Shown here one piece after another: positions 37,550 to 50,915 of a stretch of 64,000 nt of DNA. The stretch covers positions 2,232,001 through 2,296,000 of the forward strand of contig CM068751.1 in the NCBI GenBank assembly GCA_035084275.1. Reading direction: 5' to 3'. The DNA comes from Hydrolagus colliei (Eukaryota). The stretch's first letter is position 1. Each line of letters starts with the position of its first letter. Position numbers and translations under genes: made by a program. The notes below the pieces were generated by a model. The model saw only the letters and a list, made by a program, of their open reading frames with translations. It did not search any database and was not told where the DNA came from.

Positions 37550-40500
37550 ACTTTTGACACAGGATACTGTCAAATGAATTGACTGTATATTTTGTGGCCA
37601 GTGTAATCACATAACATTTACATTGTGCTCTCTGCCACCTTAAATGTTTGTGGTGCTGAGATAGCAGCAAAAGGTTCTAAGAGCTTTATTGTTGGCTTTA
37701 ATATGGCTTTCCGCCAGTTGATGTCCTGACTCACTGTATGTAAACTACGGACCAAGTTGACGTGAGAAGGCATAATTGTAATCTTCTTTTAAAACATGCC
37801 TTTGGGTGATATTTCCCCCAGCCAAAATCAGGGATATCAGTGCCAAATTATCCATTCATTGTCCTGACTGAGATCAGCTCACCCCGGACAGATCCCAGGA
37901 TCATCCTTGTTTATGTGGTTCAGTTTTACATTGGAAATCAAGAGTGCTTGACCGTGACATTTTAAACATGAGTTTTGAATACTGTATAAGGCACTCATTA
38001 AACATGAGGCGTTTATGAAAATAATTAAATTCCTTACTCCTCCTACAGCGAAATCTACTTTAAATAGTGCTGTGCTTTAAGGAATCCTTTATTTTGTGTT
38101 TCTGTTCTGAGGGATGTTGTTCTCTATGGCACGTGTCTGTTTAACAGCCGAGCAATTGTCTGACAGCACGGAGGATGCTGTGAAAAGCAAAAAAATATGA
38201 TTCAATTAATTTCAAGGAATTAATAGTATCAAATACCAATCTTGTCCCTTATTAATGGGCACTGCAGTCTTAAAAAGTGTTTTGTTTTAACCGCTAATTT
38301 TTAGAAAGGGAGGGAGAAAGCCAAAATTGCTGAGTGGTATTTTCTTTACAAAGAAATCATAGAAGAGACCGGATGATGCAATCTGACCTCATCTATCTTG
38401 TCAGATTTAATGTTTGCAAACAAAAAACGCGGGCAGCTTTTCTTCCCTTTATTTCTCTCGAGACCATTTGTTTTCTCTTCCGTTACATAAGCTTTAAGCA
38501 GACCAGAATGAATTTGAGCCAACCTTCGAGTTCTCAGTCTCCTGGGCTGCTTTCAACTCGCCAGCTACATGTCACACCCTTTAATTGTGGTGATGTAAAC
38601 TCTTCTACAGAATGCTGTGTGGAGCAGTTACAAATTGCAGCATTAATCATGGTTGATTGATTTTGGAGGTCAATCTAGATTCATAGACTGGAGGTCTGAA
38701 AGCGTGGAGAGCATATTCAAATCCACACCCTTATCATACCAAAAAGCCCATTCTCCATTTCAGTCTCATTATCTGAATGTTGCAGATAAAACAAAGAACC
38801 AAATAAATGTTATTTCCCTCTCACAGACTTGGAAAGGATTCACATGAGGATCTGGTTTAAATTAGCCAATTTTTAAAGGTGCAGTGTCATCCAGATTTCC
38901 GCATTTTTCTATCAGAATTTCAGCTTTGCAACAGCCTGCAAATATCTCTTACACACACTGCCAGATTACATGTCAGTAGCTATCTTTGATTCAGAAGCCT
39001 CGGATCTGGCTTGCAAGACAGACACATTTTGGAGATACTGCTCCTTTATAACCTGACACCATTTCTTTGACTTTAATTAATCTGTTCCATTGCAAAGTCC
39101 TTCCTGTTCCACTGCAAAGGCACCAATATTAACGTCAGTCAAATCATAGTTGGCTGTCCAGCTAACTATTGTAGTGAAGTAAACAGAGACTGACAGCCTC
39201 TGGGAAAGTATAATCTCGACATACTTTTATCCAACAGAACAGAATAGAAATGAACAATTGCTGCATTTTTCCAGTATGGGAATTTCATACCCCAGCTTTG
39301 CATCACTCTATCTGGAAAGAGCCTTAAAAATGTGGCTGATTTGTTTCACTAGTTTGTAAGAAAAAAAATCACTCAATTCCCTTTACAGCTTTGAAGTGCT
39401 TTGAGATGTCTAGAAGACTGGAAACCGCTATATATAATATATATAATATATAATTAAATTATAATATTATAATATTAAATGCTAGGATTATTATTCTTAT
39501 TATTTATGCTGGTGCCAAATCTTTGCTGGGAGTTAATTTGACCTTCAACCTAACAAGAAGATTTCCCATAACTTAATTCTCTCTGCCAACTGGAGCTACA
39601 GTTAGCTAGCTTATCACTTGTTATATTGTTCATACGTATAGAAAATTATTTTCTTATGAAACTCTTTCTTTTCCTATCTATTTTCTGCCCTTTCCTCCTC
39701 ATTGAACCTCATCATAAATGCATTCCTTGTTGGTCCACGCATATCCCCACACTTGCTACCTTTAAACTAACTGTTGCCACACTCTTTCCTCCACCAGATA
39801 ACATACAGTATTTTTTATTCACAAATCTAACTCACCCTGGGGAGGGCATGTGGCAATTGAAGGGTGGAGAGGGGGAGAGCCTGAGCATAAACATTGGTTA
39901 CATTTGTGATTTGAAATAAGGTCTCCTGAACAACTCGTGTCGTTAGATACCAAAAGGCCTTTGAAAGCACAAGCTAAATTTGCACTTTATATCAATAATA
40001 AAATTAAATGGCACTATTGTATTCGGGAAATGTGTGAATAGATCACCACTGAAATCATTTATAATCATTTACACTCATGCAGCAAGCTTCCAGGACAATA
40101 TGTAGTCCCTTAAAATGGACATGATGTGTCCGGCTTAAGCAGCCTCCATTGCATTTGTACGATAAGATTTGACATTATTTACACAGCTGGCAGCACCATG
40201 ATGTTCAACACGGCTTATTTTCAGACCCCTGTGCTGTGATCACTGTCCTTTCTCTCCGTGGACTTGTATAGAAATACAGCTTAGTCTGATGGGAATGGAA
40301 ACCTCTTCTCTATCTGCCTGTTGGACAGCTCCAATGTAAGATGAGTATCAAAAGTTCAATCCATCATGACAATGTCGTGGTACCTCACTAATTTGGTGTC
40401 AACAACATGCCAATGCGCATCTGATTTCAATGTGAAGTCATTGGTGTGTTAACCAACATGAGCAAATATGCCTGTAAATTGGCACAAATTAGTAGTATAT

Positions 40501-42139
40501 TGGCAGTCTGATTTGGAAACCTTTCAAGAACTGCTGGTTTGGGAAATAGAACTGCCAAATGGTGCAGCTGGAGTGGACAGAAGAGGTTCAGTGTTATATA
40601 TTCCCTGGTCAGTTAAAGATGTTTTGGATGCGAAAAAAAAACACCCTCCTACCAATGCGCTTTAAATGCAACCTCAGAAAGGCAGTCCTTTCATACCAGC
40701 TTCAAATTGACATTTCCTGTACAGGTTATCCTCATGAGCTTTTGAAGTCAGCAGTCTGGCACCAGAGGCTTTACCCAAATGACTTTCACTTTGTATTCTT
40801 AAAACCATCAGCGTGAAGAGAACATTGGTCAAACCTGGTCTAGTTTGGTTTATAAAATCAGAAATGAAAACACAGTTTCTAACCCAGATGATCACCCTGG
40901 AAAATGTCTTAGACAAATACTACAGCTTTAATTGCCATCCATGATCCACTTCTGCTTTCTCTCTTGTCAAGTCTCTATCCAATAGATTTAAAAAGCAAAA
41001 ATTCAAAGCATTCAGATCTGTGGAATCCATAAGGGCTCCATCAATTATTTGCAGAGATTTTGGAGGAGCTGGGCAACCAGCCATTTTCCAGAGCCTTAAA
41101 ATAAACGTTGTGTGTCCTTATTAGTCCAGTACTCTGATCCACTCTGCCAAAAGAATCGCCCTGATATAGTAATCACAAATCCAGATGTTTCATTATGCAC
41201 TTCTCCCCCATACTTCATGGACCTGCACTGAGTAATAAATGCTTCCAAGCATGTGCTTTAAATAGCCTTTTGTTTGTTTGTTATTTGTTCCCTTTGTAAG
41301 TGGATATGATGTGCAAACAATGGGAAAACATTGTGGAATCTCTGGTGATTCATTGTTTGGTAAATTAAAAGTTGTCTAAACCCAAACTCAAAATGTCTAT
41401 TTAAACTCTCCTGATCTACTCCTGATAACTGAATAATCATAGCTGTAAATTCCTTCGAGGTGAATTTGTTTACACCGTATATCATGTTTATAATCACATT
41501 ACAATATACTTTCTGGAAAACATGTTTCATAACTTCTGTCATTTACCATCCAGCAAATGTCCTGGCAGTGAAAAAGCAATAACCTTGTTGTGAAATGTTT
41601 CGTGGTTGGAAAGCTTTCAATACAGTTTAGAAAGAAAAAGGAAACAGTACCATGTTTAACCTGCATATATTCTGACCATCAGTTTAGGACTTTCTGTTTA
41701 TTTTAAGCAGAGGATGTGTTTGAACTTTAACTTGCCCATGTAGGGACATATTGTGAACAAATACCAAATAGACCAATTTAGATCACAGTGGCCTCCCATG
41801 CTGTTTACAGTTGAAGCACCTGTACTTGTGCAGATGTGGGTACTTAGTAGTGTGTACTCTCAGAAATGACATTCCATTATCCTTTATGCAGCAGTGGTGG
41901 GAATTCATTTGGTTCACTTTTCTTCTCGTTTATTATTTTGTCTGTGCTGGCCATTCAATGCCTCACCATTCAGTCAGGTGTACCAACAAGGACTTACAGA
42001 AGAAATTCAAAGGGAGATAATATTGTATGTAATTATACAAAGTAATGATTAGTCTTGCTTAATTCATGACCTGTGCTGTATTGGGTCCAATGCTCTAAGC
42101 TGGATCTGTTCTTTACTCTGATCTCATATGTATGTGCAC

Positions 42140-42412
42140 CTTTTAGAACAGAGTTGAGGAAACATTTCTTCACTCAGAGGGTGGTGAATTTATGGAATTC
42201 ATTACCCCAGAAGGTTGTAGATGCTCAGTCCTTGAACATTTTGAAGGCTGAGACTGATAGATTTTTGAAAAATAGAGGGATTAGGGGATATGGGGATAGG
42301 ACAGGTAATCAGAGTTAGGTCAGAAGATCAGCCATGATCTTATTGAATGGCGGAGCAGGCTCGAGGGGCCGAATGGCCTACTCCTGCTCCTAATTCTTAT
42401 GTTCTTATGTTT
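42140..42412 (+). mobile_element. CR1 LINE 3' end (second family)
   Basis: FRTELRKHFFTQRVVNLWNSLP; 3'UTR gggccgaatggcctactcctgctcc; (TTCTTATG)n tail. Confidence 0.92.
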
Positions 42413-42767
42413 AAATAGTGTATATCACCGAAAATAATGGTGTGTCCTGTTTAATGATATGCTCCTGCAGAGGTTTTATACTTGTTTAGAACAAAACATG
42501 TATCTATAATACCTCACAGCTATTTTTCTCATTTGCAAACATATTCCCTCAGTGCCTCAAAATACATAAATTGAACCAACCCCACCCTCACCCACCATGT
42601 GCGAGAAATCCGCTATATTTTTTGCAGTGGCTGCAAAATTCAATGTTTCACAGTTAATGGGGCAGAAGTTGAGATGATGGTAAAATATAACCTGAATTAA
42701 GAATTCAGTTATCATTGTCTCCCCTGATTGCATGAATGAGAAAAAAGATGAAAGAGAACACAAAATA

Positions 42768-42880
42768 CTGACGAAGTTCTGACGAAGGGTTGTGGACTCG
42801 AAACTTTTACTCAATTTTCCTTTCTCCATAGATGCTGCCTGACCTGCTGAGTGTTTCCAGCGATTTCTGTTTTTGTTTGA
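42768..42880 (+). mobile_element. Penelope-like terminal repeat with hammerhead-like core
   Basis: CTGACGAAGGGT..ACTCGAAAC followed by ttctccatagatgctgcctgacctgctgagtgtttccagc, a repeat I recognise as abundant in chondrichthyans. Confidence 0.7.
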
Positions 42881-44899
42881 GCGAAAAGATGAATTGCTTT
42901 ATCCAGTAAAGCTGCTTTTCAAGTGAAATTAGGGATGTTTCCAGAGTACAGGCCTTGTAATCCTGCTGTATTTATATTACACTAGCCTGTAAGTGAGCAG
43001 GAAATTATGTCTGTTCAACATCCATCTGGATAACTAACCAACAGGTCCTAGCTTGAGGGAAAGGATTACTGATAGCTTCTCTCACTGTTCTGGATTGCCA
43101 GGCAGTCAGTTTTAAGAGAACAACACTAACAACAATAATATATTTGTATCACATCTATGATGCAGGGTAGGGTCTTAGGGCTGCCAATGCTGACTCCTGG
43201 TTTAAACTGGATAGAGAATTATACTTACAGACCTGATGAAAAAATTGCAATTGTTGGAGATCAACATAAAATAGATCCTTATATTTACCGATGTTAAATC
43301 AGCTCCACTCTGCAGGTCCTGGTATATCACAGATGGGAGAATGTGAAATAGCTTAAGCCTAATGGCTATCATAGCTGAGTTCATAACAACATTGAAAAAG
43401 GAGTTAGATATAATTACATCTTTCCATTCAATACAGTGACTTTTCACATTGTCGAGATGACTCAAAGCGCTTCATTGTAATTCACAGTGACTGTGTATTT
43501 GTAGAGGAATGCCATAGCTAATTTGTGCACAGCATTGCCCACAAATAATCATTACATAAAATTGAACAATTTTATGTGCAAGATTGTTGGCTAGAATAAA
43601 TACTTGGGAATAATATTATGTTTTATGACAGGATAACAAGGAAAATGTGAGTCAGTAGCTCTAGGTGCACCTGAAAAAGTTCTATGAAATCTTATCAATC
43701 ATTTTCACTGATGGTATCATCAGTACTGTAGTTATGGTTAAAATAAATTAAGAAGGTGCTGAATATGTTTCCCAGTGACCTGGACTTTGGGATGTATGCA
43801 ATAACTGCAAACACATACTATTAACCCAATCTTATCCACAGAACCTTAGAATAATACAATTTCCCACATTGGCTAATATTCAGCCATCGAGTCTGTACTG
43901 GCTCTTTCAAGAGCAAGCCAAATGCCATTGTGCTGAAAGGCATTGGAACCATTGTTGACTATACTCCAGGCACTTCAAAGCAGAGAGTGAGAAGGGAGTG
44001 AAAATCGAGATTAAGTAACCCCACACTGGTTACATTCACCTCTCCACTTCAAGACTGATAAATGTTTGGGATCAGGAGTCTTGTCTATCTTGTAATCTTC
44101 AATTTGATGCAAGGGAACCAACTTTCATCTCTGCCGGAATGTTGAAATTTCAATCCACGCCTCAGAAAACCCTCCGATTGTGCACTGATTGTGAATGTTT
44201 CCATTTCCTCCTCCAATTATCAGTGTAAATCAGATTGCCAAATTGGTTCTGTTTTTGTGCTTTCGGCCCATTCTGACTGAAAACTGCCTGAATCTCACGA
44301 GAAAATAGCTTTAAAAAATGAAAGAGATTAAATGAAAACAAAAATTTATTTCTTTATTCTTAAATAAAATGGATCTTCAAATAAATGTAAAATGATTACT
44401 GCGGTCTTCAAAGTTTTTTTTCATGTTCCCTTTCTCCCTCTCTTCCTCTCTCTGTAATGATCAGGTTATAAGTACACAAGGTAATCAGTATGCTTTGATG
44501 GATGTATCTTCATTTCAGTTCGGAAGGATGTTGAAATAGGAAGACCTAAATTCCACCGACAGTATGAAGTGTTCCTTCCAGCTGGCTGATCTTTGTGGAG
44601 CTTTGCCAAGATATGTGTCCAGGAGACACTAAGAAACTGGAGGCACAGTGGCAGTTATTTCTGTCTGGGAATGTATACATTTTATGGTTAATTTTGTTTT
44701 TTTAATCTATGATGACCTTGGTGAACTGGTGGGTTTTCTTTTGCTGCTTGTCAAAAAAGAGGGATATCGATTCTGAGGGTGGAAAAAAAATTCCACTTCT
44801 GTCAGCGTGTCAACTATAACATGGGGCAGCTGCAAAAAACAGATCTCAACTTTGCCTGAACAATAGCCAGCCTCAGAAAAACACCTTCTAATAATAATA

Positions 44900-45105
44900 A
44901 TAATCGCTTCGAAAAACAATAATAAATTGGTCATTTCTATCCACGACTGTTTGTGGGACAACTGCTGTGCGCAATTGACTGCTGTGTTTCGCCCCCACAA
45001 AAAAGTATACAGTCAATTCACTTTACAGTACATTCTGTGAAGCACTTTGAGACTCTAGAAGACATGAAAAGCACCATATCAAAATGCAAGGATTATTATT
45101 ATTAT
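44900..45105 (+). mobile_element. SINE 3' half
   Basis: Family core and aaatgcaaggattattatt tail. Confidence 0.8.
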
Positions 45106-48100
45106 TCTACTCCTCCAGTGTGAATAGTCTCATTCCCCCCACATTCATTGTGAGTGAGATTGTCAAATTAGTGGACTTTTGAATTTCTGAGCTTGTCAAG
45201 ACTGAAAATTGGATTAATCCTGTCACAGTTCCCTTCAGGTAGGATGATAAAGAAACAAAACCCTGCATTTTTACTTTCAAATATCACATTGCAACATCTC
45301 TAAAGCATTTCAGTAGTGTTTCCTGCCATTTGTAATGACTACTTTATTAACAGCGATCATTTAAATAACTAATTAATCTGTATGATCATTTGCCAGGATA
45401 GCAAAGAAACGTTTTATTTTCCAATAGTGAAATGGGATTACATTTCACCTGAAACTAATCAAATTTTAGTAGCAGAGTGAGTTTCATCCATGTCTCAAGA
45501 TCAAAAAAATTAATACGTTATCCATCTGGGTTGCTTTTGTGATATTAAAGGAAAAGACTACTTCCATAAAAACTAACTTAAAAAAAGCATCAAAATATGT
45601 CTATCCCATTTTTTGTCACCGTGATATATGTGATATACGAATAATAGTAATAATCTTTGCATTTAATATAAATGTCACGTCTTTGAGATGTCTCAAAGCG
45701 CCACTGAATATGCTGTAGGGTGAACTGACTGTATATTTTGTGGGCATTGCTGCGCATTGCATATTGCTGTACTATTATCGACTACAACGATATACTATGG
45801 ATTAAAATAAAAATGAGTTCAAAAACAATAGTCGATAACAGTGCAGAAGGTAATGAGTGGCCAGCAGTGAAAAATGTATGTGCAAGAGAGGTTTAGCAAC
45901 AACTGACGAATAATTATGGCCAGCCTCAAGAGTAGAGATAATCACATCCATTGGCCATACTCCTAGCCTGCATAAATTGGATTTGTAGTCTTGCTTTAAA
46001 CGTACTTCCCCTTCACTTTTCTCTTCCCCCCCCCCCCCCCCCCCCCATTCCCCACCACCCCTTCCCGCCACACCACCTTCCCTTTGAAGAGCTAACTCAC
46101 CCAAGTTGCTATTCTTTAGGGGTGGCCCCTGATAGTGAGTGTTGTCATGGCTGCCCTCACCTCACACTCGTGTATACACACTTTCCATCAGGAATCATTC
46201 TAGTCCCACCGATCCTGACTGCATTCAAGCACAGAGCCCAAAGGTAAAAGGTCAGTTTGTACCCATTTCATCAGTAAAAAAAGGGCATTAATCTGAACAC
46301 AAAATCTGTTTTCAAACAATTTTCAGGTAAACAACATAATTTGCAGTTCTATATTGTGGAAACAACTTTATATTATGAAGTGTGAGGATAATTAACTTAT
46401 GAGAAAAACAGAAAAAGTTATCAGTTTTTTAAAAAAATTATCAGTGAACGATGGTAAATGTTTTCTTAAAGTAAAAATATAATGTTTTTGATAAATCTTA
46501 GATAGCAATACAGAACTGCTGGAAACCTAATTATTCATGAAAGCAATTCAGTTTCCTAAAATCCCAGCAGTATTCACTTATAAAAGTCCTGGATTAAACC
46601 TCCAAAATTACAGTATTTAAAATAATATGATAATCCTTGCATTTGATATTTTGGAAGCAATTAACAGTTCGAAAGACATTAGAAATCTGAATTCAGATCT
46701 AACAAAAAAGTTGAGCGTGGACTCGGAATGCAACTTGCTGCTCACATTAGGTGCTTCAGCTTCAGAAATTGAAGTTGCACTTAAAGAATTACTACACCAC
46801 AAAGGAATCCTGATGTAAAAGTTTCTATTTGAATGCGATCCAGATGCAATGTTAAGATTTGGATACAGTGAACAACACTGAGCCCTGTTCTGCAAAACTT
46901 TAGTTGGACATGCCTTTGTATATGGACTAAGCAAGCCTTTGTACCCTTATTCATATAGATTCCCTGATCAACCACAGTGTTAAATAAAAGAAATAAGGAT
47001 GAATGCAAAAAGCAGTAGGAGACTGGGCATTGCTTTGCTATTTTCTAAAAAACAAAGCTGTTTCACAAATGCCATCATTAATATGCTTGTCAGCCTAACC
47101 TTCAGCTCTTGCTGTTATAACATAAGAGAAATACTGTGTTCTGAGGGAGTTCACATCAACTGAAGAGCCCACAGAACTTGATCAATTGGACAAGCTTAAT
47201 TCCTATAAAAAGCAGTGATGTAGCACTAATGTTACGTTAGCTCAGTTATCTTGTAAAATACATTACACAGGAAAGCTGTCATGTGCATTTCAGAATTGAA
47301 TATCTGGCTTTATTGGTGTCCAGCCATGTTTCTAGCAGTCACAAGAGGCCTTGGTAGTGAGAAAGGTACAAGACTGTACTTTGTCTCTTTCTGATGCAGT
47401 TCTAAATCCAGCTTAGAGGCCTCAAAGTTCTTTTCTTTCTTTTCAAACACTTTCTATTAAGATTAATCTACCCCATAAAACTTTCTGCACAATTGATTCA
47501 ATCTACACCCCCCCCCCCAACCCACTTCCTTTGCATTCTGATTTATAGTCTTAGCTGTATAACACCCGAGGAAGGTACAGAGTGGAGGCTTTGGGCTTCC
47601 CCCTCGTTTTTCTCAAGCTTCACTCTTTTGTGTAGCTAAACGGGAATATTGGCAGAAGGGTGAGAGCCAATCCTCTGCCTGTTCTGACTGGCTGAACACA
47701 ACACAGGCTTCCAGAAAATTGAAAGGAAAATAACAATTACATTAAAAAGCAACAATTTTTGGAATAGCTTCTGGTCTCCTAAAGAGGCAGACCCTACCCA
47801 ACAGCACTGCTACCAACCATTATTTGAATACGATTGAACATTATCTGTGTTGTCCTTACAATTTCCTGATATGAAACAAGCTCCATTTATTCACATACTC
47901 TACTAATTTCAGTCAATAGATAAATGAATATCAGCAGCTTTATCTCCAATACAAGTTAACCATTCGTTTATTTATTTGATGACATGCAGCTTTGCTCAAG
48001 TTCTCACAACACATTGGTACAGTGGTTGACTTCACACAAGGCTTATTGTCCAAGATGTGAATGAGGTGTCAGGTCTTCCCTGGTGTGCACTGGTGTCAAA

Positions 48101-48695
48101 CCCAGAATCAGACAGATGTTTAATTTTCTACAAAGTCAGCTTGAAAATAAGTATGGAATTGAAAATAAATTAGCCATTCTCACTTCTCCTCCCCTTGTTC
48201 TCTGTATTCCCCTCTCTTATTTGTGGGACTTTTTCTGACATGAAAGGCTCCATACAAGTGTAATTAGCTGTTGTTTTGTTGTAATCCATGATCTGATTAA
48301 ACCCTGCATTTTTTCCAATTGAGATAGTGGAGGATCACTCATTGAGTGCATAAATATATGGGCCAGTTGTCTTTGGGTTTAAGCCCAAGCCAGATGAATG
48401 CTTTTTGTTTTGGAATTTTTTTCTCCAGGACTGATAGATAACAGGATCATCTCACCCCATTCAAGCAAGTCAGACACTTAGGCTAAAGGGCATTCTTTTC
48501 AAGAGACGCTGGGAGTATTGAGCATCTTTATTCTTGTCTAATCAATACAATTTCAGGGGCACACTACTGCTAAATGTACAGTTGATATACTATGAGCTCA
48601 TGCCTTTGACTCATGCCTTTATTACTAAAATTGCTTTCAACAAAATGTTGTAAACGGCCCCTCCCTTTCCAGATCAGGGAGGGTGAACATAGAGA

Positions 48696-49711
48696 TTATA
48701 ATAATAATAATACTCCTTGCATTTGATATCTTCTAGAGGTCTCAAAGCGCTACAAGGAATATGCTGTAAAGTGAATTGTCTATACTGTATACAGTAAAAG
48801 CCCGTTTATCCAGCACCCACGGGATGCCGGTTAAAGCGCCTGCCGGTTATTCGGGTGGCCCGCGGCCGAGAACCCATCACAAAAAAATTAAAGTTCTATT
48901 AACACACCATACACATCAGACTAAATAATAACTGATAACAGAATACTGTATTGGTAGTTATTGTTAAAACTACTCTCTTGCGCTTTTCACCTTTACTGAT
49001 TGAGGTTTACAGTCCAGCGATTCTTTTTTAAATGGAGGACACCAAGTGGGTGAAAAAAACGGCAGCGTGATTTTAAAGTCTCGCGATTTTACTAGTGGCA
49101 AGCCGATAGCCCTAGACTCTACGAGCGGCAAACCGAAATACTGCACCTGCGCGACAATGTGGGTTATTGGCTAGCGTTATCAGCTTGCTGCTAATATGGC
49201 TTTAAAATCGCGCTCCGTTTTTTTCACCCACTTGGCGTGCTCCATTTTAAAAAGAATGTCTGGACTATAAACCTCAAACGCAGCATCGTGGCTTCAAGCG
49301 CAGCATCTACCAGCAAAGGTAAGAAGCGCAAGAGAGTAGTTTTAACAATAAGTACCAATACGATATTCTGTTATTATGTGATTATTTATGCATTTACAAA
49401 TGCTCCACTGCTATTGTTCCGGATAAGTTCTGGTTTATCGAATGGGGACTTTTTGTTTGGCGTGCAGGTTATATGGAAGTGCCGGTTCATCGAGTCACGG
49501 ATAAACGGGCTTCTACTGTATTTGTGGGTGAAATGCGGTAACAGTGTCCCAGAAACAGTAATGGATTGCATGACCAAATTATTATTTTTTCGAGAGCTTA
49601 TTATTAGGCATGTGGAGTAAGGAAACCTGCCCAAGGTTTCACCCTGCTGGGAATTGAACCCAGGTCTCTCACTTGCAAAGTAAGTGCTCTCACCACTAGC
49701 TACAGGACTCC
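48696..49711 (-). mobile_element. tRNA-derived SINE interrupted by a MITE
   Basis: Tail at 48696-48790; body and head (A/B boxes) at 49519-49711. Confidence 0.87.
48792..49518. mobile_element. Tigger-derived fold-back MITE, copy 2
   Basis: TIRs CAGTAAAAGCCCGTTTATCC / GGATAAACGGGCTTCTACTG, TA TSD, long internal inverted repeat and remnant ASTSKGKKRKRVVLTI. Confidence 0.92.
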
Positions 49712-50876
49712 AGATTGTTCATTTAACATTTAATAAGGTAATTAAGACCCACTCACATTCAAGTGACAGCCAGATGATCAGATGACAATATACAGTGCAG
49801 AATTGCATAAAAAATGCCATGAACCCCTCTTGTAGTCTGATGAATTGGTATAATTGTTTATGGATTATTCTCCATATACAGTAATATGCATTGTGTTGTA
49901 GTTATCCCCTTCTAGAATTTGAATACACCTTGCAGAAGATGTCAAATAGTGCTACAGTTTCAGTCATATGATATGTGCATGAGTGTCAATTATTTGAGAA
50001 GCTTGCCAATCAATAAGAATTTAGAATAACCAAATGCACATAGATACATAAATATAAATAATTTAAGATAAATATTCATATGTATACAGGAAATGTTGTG
50101 TACCCTAAGTGTATTTCAAGGCCCTGACACATCTTGGGGTTTAGATACTGCCAAACTACTTTTATTTTATATTTGGGTTTCATGCAACTTTTTAACTCCA
50201 TATAGCACAATTCCATATCTGAAAAGTATGTATTGAATGAAAAAGCCGTTGTTTGCAGCCAATCATATTAAAGTGATGGTACTGATTACATGATAAGCAT
50301 CAGAAAAATAAAAATGTCAGCACACAACCACGTAAATACTGTCTGAGATATGTCCAATAGCAAAACAAGAGATGCTATCTGCTAATGACAGATGGAAAGA
50401 AAAAACAGAAAGTGCAAAAGAGTAAGTACTGCGCAGATTCCATGTTAGGTTTTTAGTGAATTCAGCCTATAAATAATGGAATGCTATCACTGCCAGTCTG
50501 TTGACAATTAGATACTATATTCTTGTGTTTGCAAACAGTATGATCTCCAACATTGTGACAATTGTGAAAAACATGTTCCATTTTGCCAATTCACAAGGAA
50601 CATCTCAGTCATTCTTTTCACAAACAAAATCAACATTGCTACTCACAAGGGAACAGCAAAGCCACAAGCCCCAAATCATAAAATCTCTGCCTCTGATACA
50701 ACATGAAATCAGACCACACAATCTGAGCAGTATGTTTTAGCACCGAAGCCTGGGCACATGCCTAAGAAAGCAACTTGGTTGTTCACATTCTTTCTGTGTA
50801 CAGTCTTGGCATCAGTCGCTGCTGAAGCTAAACTCATACACAGCAAGAAAACTTCCCAGTAAAAACAGGATCTTAC

Positions 50877-50915
50877 CTTAAAAAAAGTCCGTATGAAATA
50901 GATTATGCTGAGCAT
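50877..50915 (-). CDS. ARHGEF4: ARHGEF4 long isoform, first coding exon (MLSIIYFIRTFFK)
   Basis: ATG at 50915, 13 codons, then donor AAG|GTAAGA (phase 0). The peptide resembles the recalled N-terminus of vertebrate ARHGEF4 long isoforms (MLSxxHFLxSFFK) and is in phase with the acceptor at 21715. Confidence 0.85.

Noticed and set aside
38033-38200. Possible non-coding exon with donor GGA|GTAAGG on the minus strand
   Set aside because: Donor-like motif only, with no supporting frame or homology.
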